Of a stretch of 64,000 nucleotides of DNA, positions 38,705 to 47,918 are shown piece after piece (position 1 is the stretch's first letter; each line of letters starts with the position of its first letter). The notes beneath the pieces were generated by a model, which was not told where the DNA came from, searched no databases, and saw only the letters and a program-made list of their open reading frames with translations. This DNA comes from Acidimicrobiia bacterium. Lineage in GTDB: Bacteria; Actinomycetota; Acidimicrobiia; Spongiisociales; Spongiisociaceae. A program made the position numbers and the translations under genes. The stretch is taken from contig JBFGLM010000026.1 in assembly GCA_041576165.1 (NCBI GenBank), positions 1 through 64,000 on the forward strand. Reading direction: 5' to 3'.

Positions 38705-39931
38705 GTGGCCGGACCGAACATCCTGCATGCCGATCTCGACGCTTTCTACGCGTCCGCCGAGCAGCTTCTCCACCCGGAACTGCGCGGAAAGCCGATTGCG
38801 GTTGGCGGCGGCGTGGTTCTGGCGGCCTCGTACGACGCTCGAGCTTTTGGGGTTCGATCAGGAATGGCCGGCTCCCGGGCGCGAGCCCTGTGCCCCAACC
38901 TGAAGTTCGTCACCGGTAGTTTCAGCCGATACCAGGAGCTGGCCGACGAGGTGTTCACGATCTGCGAGGATTTCACCCCGGCGATCGAGCGGATCTCGAT
39001 CGATGAGGCTTTCCTCGACGTCGGCGGCAGCGAGCACCTGTTCGGGCCGGCGGCGGTTATCGCCGACCGCATCCGCTCCAGGGTCCGCACGGAGGTGGGG
39101 CTGCCGGTGAGCGTTGGCGTTGCCTCGACGAAGTTCCTGGCCAAGATCGCGAGCCAGGTGGCCAAGCCGGACGGATTGGTGGTCGTGCCGCCCGGAGAAG
39201 AGTTGGAGTTCCTCCATCCCCTACCCGTCGGCTTGATGTGGGGGGTAGGCGCCGTGACAGGCGAGCGGCTCGCCGAGATGGGGATTCACACGATCGGTGG
39301 TCTGGCCGCGACTCCCGACGACACCCTGCGCCGGATGCTGGGCCGGGCCGCTGGGTCTCATCTACACCGGCTGTCTCGTAACCTCGATCCCCGTCCGGTC
39401 AGGCACCTTCCCCGAGCCAAGTCGGTCGGTTCCCAAAGCGCATTCGGACGCAAAGTCCCTACGCCCGAGCTGGTGGAATCGGTGACGCGCTCACTGGCCG
39501 ACCGGATTGGCCGGAGGCTGCGGGCCAAGAACAACGCCGGCCGCACGATCACCGTGCGGGTGCGCCGGGGAGACATGTCGAGCGTGACCCGGAGCCGCAC
39601 ATACCCCCACCCGATCGCGGCCACCGAGGCGATCGTGCGCATCGCGCGGGCATTGGTGGCAGATGCCCTGGCGGATGGACCTTCCGAGATCAGCTTGATC
39701 GCGATCTCCATTTCGAACCTGACGGCCGGAACTGCGCTGCAGCTCGAGTTGCCACTCGGCGACGACTCGGTGGAACGCCCCGGCAGTGATCGGGGACGGC
39801 GGGCGTGGGACCTGGACCGTTCGGTCGATGCGGTACGGGAGCGGTACGGCAACAAGTCCGTTCGGCCGGCGTCCTTGCTGGACGAAAGGGGGGTTCCGGA
39901 CGAGTTCCGCGAGCTCGCCGAACGCGAATGA
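38705..39931 (+). CDS. dinB: DNA polymerase IV
   Basis: HADLDAFYAS, AASYDAR, SIDEAFLD, AKPDG. Confidence 0.93.
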   Translation: MAGPNILHADLDAFYASAEQLLHPELRGKPIAVGGGVVLAASYDARAFGVRSGMAGSRARALCPNLKFVTGSFSRYQELADEVFTICEDFTPAIERISIDEAFLDVGGSEHLFGPAAVIADRIRSRVRTEVGLPVSVGVASTKFLAKIASQVAKPDGLVVVPPGEELEFLHPLPVGLMWGVGAVTGERLAEMGIHTIGGLAATPDDTLRRMLGRAAGSHLHRLSRNLDPRPVRHLPRAKSVGSQSAFGRKVPTPELVESVTRSLADRIGRRLRAKNNAGRTITVRVRRGDMSSVTRSRTYPHPIAATEAIVRIARALVADALADGPSEISLIAISISNLTAGTALQLELPLGDDSVERPGSDRGRRAWDLDRSVDAVRERYGNKSVRPASLLDERGVPDEFRELAERE

Positions 39932-39934
39932 TCC

Positions 39935-40372
39935 TCAGCCCCGCAGGTGGGCCACCGTGTCGCGCTGAAACCAGCTACGGCGCAGGAGGTACAGCGCCAG
40001 GCCGATCGGACCCACCAGCATCGTCAGGAGCAACGGAATAGCGAGGCGGTATCTCCCGTTGGGAGCGTCCCGCACCATCCAGCCACCGACGAAGAGGTCG
40101 AAGGCCAAGTAGTGGGCCCAGCCGGCGAGGATTGCCCACTCCGAGTCAAACACCCGCATGACAGCATCCACTGAGTGGAAACCCGACCCGGTGGGCAGCC
40201 CCTCCAGCCCGGCGGCCAGCAGAAGCGCAGCGTAGATCAGGCCATACCCGAACCACACGATCGGTTCCCGCGCCAGCCGGACAGACCAGTCACTGCCCGG
40301 TGCCAGGATCCACACCAGCCACACGACCACCGAGAGGGCAGTCATCGCCCCGAATATCAGCTCGAGGCTCAT
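39935..40372 (-). CDS. ABA4-like (DUF4281) membrane protein
   Basis: GWAHYLAFDLFVG and GPIGLALY motifs; start moved to 40372. Confidence 0.85.
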   Translation of the reverse strand: MSLELIFGAMTALSVVVWLVWILAPGSDWSVRLAREPIVWFGYGLIYAALLLAAGLEGLPTGSGFHSVDAVMRVFDSEWAILAGWAHYLAFDLFVGGWMVRDAPNGRYRLAIPLLLTMLVGPIGLALYLLRRSWFQRDTVAHLRG

Positions 40373-40504
40373 GAAGATGCCTGCCCGAACAGGATCATTT
40401 CCGCCATCGCCTCCGTCGCGCTCCGGTCCCGGTTTTGAGCGGAGCCGATCCGGCACAGTACTGCATGAAACCCAGATGCAACCAATTCGCTCTAGCGTGG
40501 CACC

Positions 40505-41167
40505 GTGGCCGGAATTGGCACCCTGAACGAGAGCCCGCTGCACGCCGGCCTGAAGGACTACCTGGCTCGTCCCGGCGACGAATTCGAAGTGCCGCTGGCC
40601 GGGTTTGTCATCGACATTCGTCGGGGCAACGAGTTGCTCGAGATCCAGACGAAGAACTTCGGCAACCTCGCTGCGAAGTTCGACCGGCTCCTCGATCGGT
40701 ACCGACTGACCCTCGTGCACCCAATCGCTGTACAGACCCACATCCGCCGTTCGTCCCGGCCCGACCGGCGCTCTCCTAGAAAGGGCACTGTCCTCCACGT
40801 CTTCGAGGAGCTGGTGAGCATCCCCACCCTCATCGAACATCCACGCTTTGGCCTGCGGGTGATCCTCATCGAAGAGATTCAGGTCCGAGAGCACGCTCCC
40901 GAGCTGCGGCGCAGCCGCGGCGGATGGAGGATCGTCGAGCGGTCACTGGGCGAAGTCGTTGATGACATTGCGATCACTACCGCCTCAGACCTGGCGCAGC
41001 TGCTCCCCGCGAGCCTGCCGGAGCCGTTCACAACGCGGGACTTGGCGGAAGCCGCGTCGATCCCGCGTCGGCTCAGCCAGAAAATGGCGTACTGCCTCCG
41101 CCATCTGAGCGTGATCGAGCCCGGCGGCCGGAAACGGGCCGGCATCCAGTACCGGCGCGTCGGGTGA
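40505..41167 (+). CDS. Conserved hypothetical protein, PD-(D/E)xK nuclease-like with C-terminal HTH
   Basis: IGTLNESPLH..LK, E...G.VIDI....LEIQT, PFTTRDLA. Confidence 0.6.
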   Translation: MAGIGTLNESPLHAGLKDYLARPGDEFEVPLAGFVIDIRRGNELLEIQTKNFGNLAAKFDRLLDRYRLTLVHPIAVQTHIRRSSRPDRRSPRKGTVLHVFEELVSIPTLIEHPRFGLRVILIEEIQVREHAPELRRSRGGWRIVERSLGEVVDDIAITTASDLAQLLPASLPEPFTTRDLAEAASIPRRLSQKMAYCLRHLSVIEPGGRKRAGIQYRRVG

Positions 41168-41200
41168 AGTGGGACCCGCCCGTTGGCTACGGCCGCTCGC

Positions 41201-41494
41201 CTATGCGACCTCGTCCTCCAACCTCCGGTAGCGATCGACGGCCTCCTGCCAGCTGGCGAGCTGGGCGTCTGAGTAGCCATCAATAGTCGCGTCGGTCACG
41301 AGCATGCCGGTGTGCTGGAAGGCGTACACCAGCGCCGGATCAATGCCCAGATCCTCCATGTCGCGCACCACCATCGCCTCAATCTGGCTCGGCAGCGGCT
41401 GCCCTACCCGGGTCAATTGCATCCTGGCCCCCTGTTCGGCCTTCGCGGCGTCCACGGCCCGTTGCCTGTCGTTGTCGTAAACCGCTTCAGCCAT
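41201..41494 (-). CDS. Hypothetical protein
   Basis: Protein-like GIDPALVYAFQHTGMLVT...W..AVDRY; start approximate. Confidence 0.6.
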   Translation of the reverse strand: MAEAVYDNDRQRAVDAAKAEQGARMQLTRVGQPLPSQIEAMVVRDMEDLGIDPALVYAFQHTGMLVTDATIDGYSDAQLASWQEAVDRYRRLEDEVA

Positions 41495-41611
41495 TGCAGA
41501 TCTCTTTCGGAGCATTTCAGCAGGTTCCGCGTGGGCCACGAGACCCATTTCTCGCGGTCCCCGCGGGTCAGACGTCCGCACTGTGGCCGCCGCCGCCACT
41601 CACTGCAGAAA

Positions 41612-42094
41612 TCAGGCTTCGCGGTGCTCGGTGTCTCCGGCCAGCAGGTCGAGTATGTGACCCAGCACCGGTGAGAGCGCGTCGAGCCCGTCCGCCACAC
41701 CCTTGGGACTCCCCGGCAGGTTGACAACCAGAGTCCGCCCCACCACACCGGAGACGCCGCGGGACAATGCCGCCATCGGCGTCTTTTCCAGACCGCGAGC
41801 GCGGATGAGCTCGCTCAGGCCCGGGGCAGACCGATCGATCAACGGCAGGGTTGCCTCGGGTGTGACGTCGCGTGGGCCGAATCCGGTGCCTCCCGTGGTC
41901 ACCACCAAGCCTGCTCCCGCTTGCGCCGCCTGCCTGATCTGGCGCTGGATCTGAATGGTTTCGTCGGGAACCACCGAGCGCACAACATCGAGTCCGAACT
42001 CGGCGAGCCGGCTTTCCAGCAGATCTCCTGAACGGTCGTCCCTGGTGCCGGCGTGGACGCCATCGGAGACGGTCAGTACGTGTGCCATCCTCAT
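41612..42094 (-). CDS. mog: MogA/MoaB molybdenum cofactor biosynthesis protein
   Basis: [36 protein letters not shown]. Confidence 0.92.
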   Translation of the reverse strand: MRMAHVLTVSDGVHAGTRDDRSGDLLESRLAEFGLDVVRSVVPDETIQIQRQIRQAAQAGAGLVVTTGGTGFGPRDVTPEATLPLIDRSAPGLSELIRARGLEKTPMAALSRGVSGVVGRTLVVNLPGSPKGVADGLDALSPVLGHILDLLAGDTEHREA

Positions 42095-42172
42095 ATACCC
42101 GCATGCTACGGGCCCCAGGGAGGGGACCTGACTTTGGCAGAATCTAGAAAGCGACACCAACAAGCCCGCACA

Positions 42173-42200
42173 GAAAACGGGCCGCCCGGCGGCCCGTTTC
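42173..42200 (-). terminator. Intrinsic terminator after the peptide gene
   Basis: Minus strand GAAACGGGCCGC-CGG-GCGGCCCGTTTTCTG. Confidence 0.85.
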
Positions 42201-42226
42201 GGGTTGGGATCATGCTGGTTGGTAGA

Positions 42227-42319
42227 TCAACCCCAGTTGCCAATGTTGGCCAGGGCCGGGGCTGCCGTCGCGGCCACGGCCGCCATTGCCATCAGGATCG
42301 TCACGATTGCGCGTCGCAT
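42227..42319 (-). CDS. 30-aa secreted propeptide MRRAIVTILMAMAAVAATAAPALA|NIGNWG (putative signalling peptide)
   Basis: Own translation, below the ORF-track cutoff. GGAGGTGA RBS at 42324-42331, n/h/c signal-peptide structure with an A-L-A site, TGA at 42227-42229, terminator follows. Confidence 0.8.
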   Translation of the reverse strand: MRRAIVTILMAMAAVAATAAPALANIGNWG

Positions 42320-42429
42320 CACATCACCTCCACCGAGAGCATCTCGAAGCCGTGTCTCCGGGATATCTCAGATGGGACACTCAGAGACCCCGACCTGGGG
42401 CGCGTCGAGCGCATCCGGGGGTGCGTGGT

Positions 42430-45400
42430 TCAGGTGAGATTCCGGGTACCACGGGTGCGGGGGGCGGTCCCGTGGCTGCGCAGCACGCTCAGGTCACGCT
42501 TGATCGTGGCCCGGCTCACGGAGAGAGCCGCTGCGAGATCGTCGATAGTCGGCAACGCTCCTTGGGCGCTGGCCTGGCCGGCCAGCTCGACTATTCCCCG
42601 GCGACGCTCGGCAGGACTCGTACCCAAGAAGTCTCGGTCTAGCACCCAGTCGACCTCCACCAGCTCGTCCGGACGGAGCGGGCGTCCCAGCGGTGCCCGC
42701 CGGTCCGCCAGCGTGACGTGCATCTGCAGCGGCTGCGACACCGACCACCGTGCCTCGATATCGGCGTGCATCGGCACCATGGTGATGGCGTCGCGCTGCT
42801 GCTGACGATCGAGGCCGGCGAGTGCGGAGCGCAACATCATATGAGCTTCAGCAAAGGCGTGCTCGGCCTCTTCGGTCCGCCCCAAGGTTTCGGCGACGAT
42901 CCCATGCAGGTACGGGATCTCCCAAGCCAGCCCCAAACCGGCCCGATCCGCTTGGTGGGCTTGCTGGGACAGCTCCCACGCCCCGGCATCGCCGGTGGCC
43001 GCCCCGATCCGAGCCTCGTATGCCGCCAGCCTGACTTCCAGGTCGGCGGGCGCGTCGAGTTGCGCGCTGCGCACGTCATCCAACGCTGCTTCGAACCGGC
43101 CCAGGTCGAGGTGAGCGCTGGCCCGGGTTGCCAAGGCGTAGGCGCGGCGGCGGTGATTGCCGCTGCGCTCGGCGAGATCGATGGCGGAAGCGAGGAACGA
43201 CCCGGCGCCCGCCTCGTCGCCCGCAGCATGGGCGATGGAGCCCAGGAGTTGCCGGCAGTGAGCCTGCCCGCCCCGATAACCGCTTTCTTCGAAGAATCGC
43301 AAGCTGCTTTCCAGCAGTGTCCAGGCAGTCTGATCATCACCGAGGACCAGGTGCCGGATCATCGCTTCGTTGTTGGCGGCCAGGGCGGCGCCCCGACCAC
43401 GACCAATGGCCTCGAAGGTTCGCCGGGCCTCGGTGAAAGACTCCAGTGCATCGGCAATCTGGCCCATCCCGTACAACGCCAGCCCGGCGTTCGACTGGTT
43501 GAGAGCGCGTCCCGCGGTGTACCCGATCGATTCACACGCGCTGATCGCGGTTTGAAACGCACCGATCGCGTCGGCGCCGTCGCCAAGCTCGACCGAGACA
43601 AGCGCCAATAGGCCCAGCGCCTCGGCTTCTGCCAGCCGGTCTCCGGCCGCCCGGCTGAACTCGAGTGCGCGGGAGAGCTGGGACCGCGCCTCTTCATATC
43701 GCAGGGCCTCGCCCAGCACGCCTCCATACGCGAGTGCGACTTGTATGTCGCCCGGCGCTTGGGCGGCCGCTCTGGCCAGCAGATCCAACGCCGCCCCAGT
43801 GTCTCCCGAATAGTGGCGAGCGCGGCCGGCCACCAGCAAGGCGCGGTGAATCGAAAAACCCAATCGCCCGGCCCGTTCGGCAGCATTGGTGGCGAGGGTG
43901 ATCGCGAGCTCGTATTCGTCCGAGCGAGCCAGGAAGGTGGCCAGCCGGATCTGCGCTTCGATGGCCCGTGGCTCGTCCTCCGCCACCGCCTCGAGCCAGG
44001 CGTCCAGGATCGCACGTTGGGCATCGCGCCGTCCCACCGTGGCCAGAACCGCCTCGTATTCGGCCAGAGCGTCGATCCGCTCCGGCACCTGATCCCCCGG
44101 CCGGAGGCATTCCAGGGCCGCCTCATACAGCTCGGCGGCGGTGGCATAGGCATGGATAGATGCGGCGTCCCGGGCCGCTCGTAGCCAGTGGGCAAAGGCA
44201 CGTTCATCGAATCCTGCCCGGCGCAGGTGGTAGGCGAGCACGGCCGGGTCGGCAAACTCATCGAGCTCGAGGGTTTGGGCGATGACGCGATGAAACCTGG
44301 CGCGGTCCTCCGGCAGCGTCAGGTCGTAGGCGACGCGCCGCCAATGGTCATGGACGAACTCGTAGCCGGTGCCGGATTCGACCACCAGGCGCCGGTTGAT
44401 CAGGCCGATCAGTGACTGCAGCAGGTCGGTCTTGCCAACCTCGCACCATTGGAAAAGCTGATTCGTGGTGGCCGCACCACCGCGCACCGCCAGCGCGCTC
44501 AACAGTTCTCGTTCGACGTCGGTCAGACGATCCAGCCGTTCGGCGATGACCTTTCTCACATCGGCGGTGACCGGGAGCCCGCGCTCGCTGTCCCAGCCGC
44601 CCGTCTCGACGAGCGCCCGCGTCGTCTCGATGACAAACAGCGGGTTGCCGCCGGTGTCACGGTGAATGCGATCTGCCGCAGCGACGGTGGCGCGATCGTC
44701 AGCGGCCGCCCACCTCACCAGCTGCTCGACTTCGCGTGACTCCAACGGCTGCATCGACACGATGGTGCCGCCGCCCCGGTCGAGTTCGCGCAATGTCCCC
44801 CAGACATCGTCACGCGCCCGGCCCTCCATGCTGCGGAAGGCAACGAACATCGAGGCGCGCCGGATCGATGGCGAGTTGGCGAGGCGCCGGACTACTTCGA
44901 TGCTGTCGGCGTCGGCGGCGTGAAGATCGTCGAAGATGATGACGTGCGGTGTGATCCGGCCGAACGCAGCCAGCACGATGGTCAGTGCCTCGATGATGCG
45001 GTCGCGTCCTTCCGGCGAACGCAGCGGCGCCACCGGCCGGATATCGGGTAGCCACTCCACCAGTTGGGGAACCACCCGAGTGACCTCGGCCAGCCACAAC
45101 GGATCGACCTGCTCCTCGAGCTGCGCGGCCCGGAGCTCCGTCATCCCGGCCAGCAGGGTGTCACGGATGACTCCAAACGGCACTGTCGAGCCGGATCGGG
45201 CGGATCCGCGTAAGACGTCAACCCCGCGCCAGGCTGCCGCTTTGGCGATCTCATCTAGGAACCTCGACTTGCCCGACCCTGGCTCGCCCTCGACGAGCAC
45301 CACCGACCCCCGGCCCCCGATGGTCTGGTCGATGGCGTCGATGGCCAGCGCCCGTTCGGCTTGGCGACCGATGAAAGGAGCGATGTCCGGATAGGGCTCC

Positions 45401-46173
45401 ACGGGGCCCTCACTCCGGGCCTCGGACCCGTTGTGGCGCAGCTGTGCGATCTCGTCAAACAACGCCCGGGTTTCGGGTTCCGGCTCTGCCCCAAACTCCT
45501 CGTACAGCAGCTCTTCGAGTTGTTCGTATTGCCGGAGCGCCTCGGCCGGCCGGTTCAGCAGCCGGCACAGCCGCATCACATCGCGGTGGGCCTCCTCCCG
45601 GAGGGGGTTCTGCCACGTCAGCTTCCGGGCGTAGATCAAGGCCTCTTCGGTCGATCCGTTGGCTTTGAGTTCCGAGACCAGACGCGACAGGGCGTGAACG
45701 TAGTCCTCGGCCACCCGGCGCTGTTCCTCTAGGACCCAGTCGTCGTAGAAGCCGTAGAGAAGTTCGCCGCGATACAACTCGACGGCACTGAGCAAATCAC
45801 GGATCGACGACTCCGATGCAGACTCCCCCCGGTGAGCGATCCCGCGATAGAAATCGTCGACGTCGAGTTCGACCTCACACGACTCGGCGATGCTCAGATC
45901 GTCGGCGTCGCTCTTAATCAGATCCCCGTAGCCGACGGGCTCCAGAACTTGGCGGATCCGCCACAGATTCTGGCTGAGCTTGCGGCGGCCGCTGGCCTCG
46001 GTTTCTTCCGGCCAGAACATGCCGACCAGACGGACACGCGCATGGGCCCGATCTCGGTTCAGCAGCAGATAGGCGAGGAGCGAACGGGCAGCGCGCGACG
46101 CCGGCGGTCGAATCGGCTCGCCGGCGCTGAGGAGCTGAAAGCCTCCGAAAAGCTCGACGCGGAGCGGGCTCAC
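42430..46173 (-). CDS. SARP/BTAD - AAA ATPase (STAND-like) - TPR - DUF1670-like HTH regulator
   Basis: LFGGFQL, LYRGELL, PLREEAHR (BTAD); GEPGSGKS; FDDLHAAD; TGGNPLFV; FVHD; TPR-like Ala/Leu helices; C-terminal QGALPTIDDLAAALSVSRATIKRDL...RTRG. Confidence 0.9.
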   Translation of the reverse strand: MSPLRVELFGGFQLLSAGEPIRPPASRAARSLLAYLLLNRDRAHARVRLVGMFWPEETEASGRRKLSQNLWRIRQVLEPVGYGDLIKSDADDLSIAESCEVELDVDDFYRGIAHRGESASESSIRDLLSAVELYRGELLYGFYDDWVLEEQRRVAEDYVHALSRLVSELKANGSTEEALIYARKLTWQNPLREEAHRDVMRLCRLLNRPAEALRQYEQLEELLYEEFGAEPEPETRALFDEIAQLRHNGSEARSEGPVEPYPDIAPFIGRQAERALAIDAIDQTIGGRGSVVLVEGEPGSGKSRFLDEIAKAAAWRGVDVLRGSARSGSTVPFGVIRDTLLAGMTELRAAQLEEQVDPLWLAEVTRVVPQLVEWLPDIRPVAPLRSPEGRDRIIEALTIVLAAFGRITPHVIIFDDLHAADADSIEVVRRLANSPSIRRASMFVAFRSMEGRARDDVWGTLRELDRGGGTIVSMQPLESREVEQLVRWAAADDRATVAAADRIHRDTGGNPLFVIETTRALVETGGWDSERGLPVTADVRKVIAERLDRLTDVERELLSALAVRGGAATTNQLFQWCEVGKTDLLQSLIGLINRRLVVESGTGYEFVHDHWRRVAYDLTLPEDRARFHRVIAQTLELDEFADPAVLAYHLRRAGFDERAFAHWLRAARDAASIHAYATAAELYEAALECLRPGDQVPERIDALAEYEAVLATVGRRDAQRAILDAWLEAVAEDEPRAIEAQIRLATFLARSDEYELAITLATNAAERAGRLGFSIHRALLVAGRARHYSGDTGAALDLLARAAAQAPGDIQVALAYGGVLGEALRYEEARSQLSRALEFSRAAGDRLAEAEALGLLALVSVELGDGADAIGAFQTAISACESIGYTAGRALNQSNAGLALYGMGQIADALESFTEARRTFEAIGRGRGAALAANNEAMIRHLVLGDDQTAWTLLESSLRFFEESGYRGGQAHCRQLLGSIAHAAGDEAGAGSFLASAIDLAERSGNHRRRAYALATRASAHLDLGRFEAALDDVRSAQLDAPADLEVRLAAYEARIGAATGDAGAWELSQQAHQADRAGLGLAWEIPYLHGIVAETLGRTEEAEHAFAEAHMMLRSALAGLDRQQQRDAITMVPMHADIEARWSVSQPLQMHVTLADRRAPLGRPLRPDELVEVDWVLDRDFLGTSPAERRRGIVELAGQASAQGALPTIDDLAAALSVSRATIKRDLSVLRSHGTAPRTRGTRNLT

Positions 46174-46289
46174 GTGTCAAGGCTAGCCACCAAAACGCCG
46201 GCGCTACCAATAGCGACAGAAGATACCGAAAACCCACGGCCGGACGGCCGGCACCGACTCGAGCCATGTGCCTGTGTGAATGCGCGGCC

Positions 46290-46850
46290 CTACTGCAACG
46301 GATCGGCCGTCGCGGCGATGGCCGCCGCATCGAGTTCGGTCTCGGCGTCTCCACTCATCAGCTCGCCCGACGTGTTCTGGATGTGAGCTCGCACGAACCA
46401 CTGGTAGAGCTCGAGTTTGGCGGTCTGACCGGTCAACAAGTCCTCAGTCACAGGATCCCGGTCGCCGGCGAACGCGATGGCCGCCCGGTGATCGCCGATC
46501 ACACCGTCGTAGACCTTGTCGAGCGCAGCGAGGTGCGCCGGCACGACGCCTCGACCCAGGTCATAGTCGTCCCACGTCCGCGTCCGGACGATGTGTCCAG
46601 GTAGCCCATTGGGAATGGCGCCCAAGGTGGCGATGCGCTCGGCCACTTCGTCGGCCATTTCCCTCACCGCAGCTACGTGCTCGTCGAGCATCTCGTGGGC
46701 AGCCATGAAGCCGGGGCCAACCACATTCCAGTGGATGTGCTTGAGCGTCAAGCCGAGATCGATGAGACCGACGAGGCGCTCCTGCAAACGTCCGGTGAGT
46801 TCCTGGGCCACGTCGGCGGCGACTCCGCTCGGCGTGATGGTCGATTCCAT
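46290..46850 (-). CDS. dps: DNA starvation/stationary-phase protection protein Dps
   Basis: KHIHWNVVGPGF..HEMLD, DEVAERIATLG, QWFVRAH; AAAGGA RBS. Confidence 0.93.
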   Translation of the reverse strand: MESTITPSGVAADVAQELTGRLQERLVGLIDLGLTLKHIHWNVVGPGFMAAHEMLDEHVAAVREMADEVAERIATLGAIPNGLPGHIVRTRTWDDYDLGRGVVPAHLAALDKVYDGVIGDHRAAIAFAGDRDPVTEDLLTGQTAKLELYQWFVRAHIQNTSGELMSGDAETELDAAAIAATADPLQ

Positions 46851-46980
46851 GGTTCCGTCCTTTCGGGGTGCGGCACTGGGCAGCTGGTGAGCCTGCCAGA
46901 AGAATGGCGAACGCCTGGGCGCAGACAAATCCACTGGCTGCGCGCTCCCGCCTGCCTCGCCTGTGCATGTTCGGAAGAAC

Positions 46981-47006
46981 CTACCCCACTTGGGGCGGTC
47001 GAAAAC
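46981..47006 (-). promoter_or_regulatory. SigB/SigF-type promoter (dps)
   Basis: GTTT-N16-GGGTAG. Confidence 0.75.
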
Positions 47007-47020
47007 ATCGGGGTTTGGAA

Positions 47021-47395
47021 TCAGGCGGTCGTGGAGCGCGATCCGATCCGAAACTGGACGGCCGGCGTGGCGCCGGTCAGGGAGGTTGAGAAGTCATCCG
47101 TCACTGCGTCGAGCACCATGAGCGACAGCTCATCCTCGTCGAGGTCTGTCACCGCCGCCGATCCGGCCTCCAGCCAGATGTTTACTTCTCCAGGTTGGTG
47201 CTCCAGCCGACACTCGAGCGTCTCCGGCTTCGTCGTCAAGAGCAGCGCGCTCACCTCGCTGACGGCCAGCTCGAGGTCGCTGTAACGGTCGAACCCAAGG
47301 TCCGAGATGGCGGCTGCGTCGGCCGCGACAACCCGTATGATTCGGGCGCTGTTGGCCTCGGCCGGCAGACTCACATAAGTCGTCGTGATGGACAC
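47021..47395 (-). CDS. Degenerate RsbW-like anti-sigma protein
   Basis: LPA....RIIR, DLELAVSEV, LS.MVLDAVTDD; N-box Asn and G-boxes absent. Confidence 0.65.
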   Translation of the reverse strand: MSITTTYVSLPAEANSARIIRVVAADAAAISDLGFDRYSDLELAVSEVSALLLTTKPETLECRLEHQPGEVNIWLEAGSAAVTDLDEDELSLMVLDAVTDDFSTSLTGATPAVQFRIGSRSTTA

Positions 47396-47540
47396 GAACC
47401 GTATACTACGGCGTCCCCACCGGACGGACCCGCAGTGGTTGTGTCGCAATCGATCCCCGGCCCCGGCTACGACGCCGTCATGGATGCGCAGGGAGCCGCG
47501 CGTCCGGGCGCAGACGACACCATGGGCGAAAGCTGCTCCC

Positions 47541-47918
47541 GTGGCTGAAGGGGCCACCCAGTCTTACCGGCTCGAGATCGGCGCGGGTGCCGCCTCGCTG
47601 TCCACGGCGCGCCTGTTCGTGCGGGCGGTGATCGGAACATTGGGTTTGGGCGACGAGCTGGCCGACGACCTCAAGCTGGCTGTGTCAGAGGCTCTCACCG
47701 CGCTCATCACGGCTGGCGCGGCACCGCGGGCCGTGGTCGTCATAGACCCGGACGCGCGAACGCTGAGTGTTGGCCCGCTGCGACCGAGCGATCTACCGGA
47801 AGGGTCAGACGGACATGAGATCATCGCCGCGCTTTTCGACCGTGTCAGCCATGACGAACAGACAAGCCGGTTGGTGATCCCGCTCGACGCGTCACGTAGC
47901 GCAGTCGACAGTGGGTGA
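47541..47918 (+). CDS. Degenerate RsbW-like anti-sigma protein
   Basis: STARLFV, DDLKLAVSEA, G.EIIAALFD; overlaps the start of the sigma gene. Confidence 0.7.
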   Translation: MAEGATQSYRLEIGAGAASLSTARLFVRAVIGTLGLGDELADDLKLAVSEALTALITAGAAPRAVVVIDPDARTLSVGPLRPSDLPEGSDGHEIIAALFDRVSHDEQTSRLVIPLDASRSAVDSG

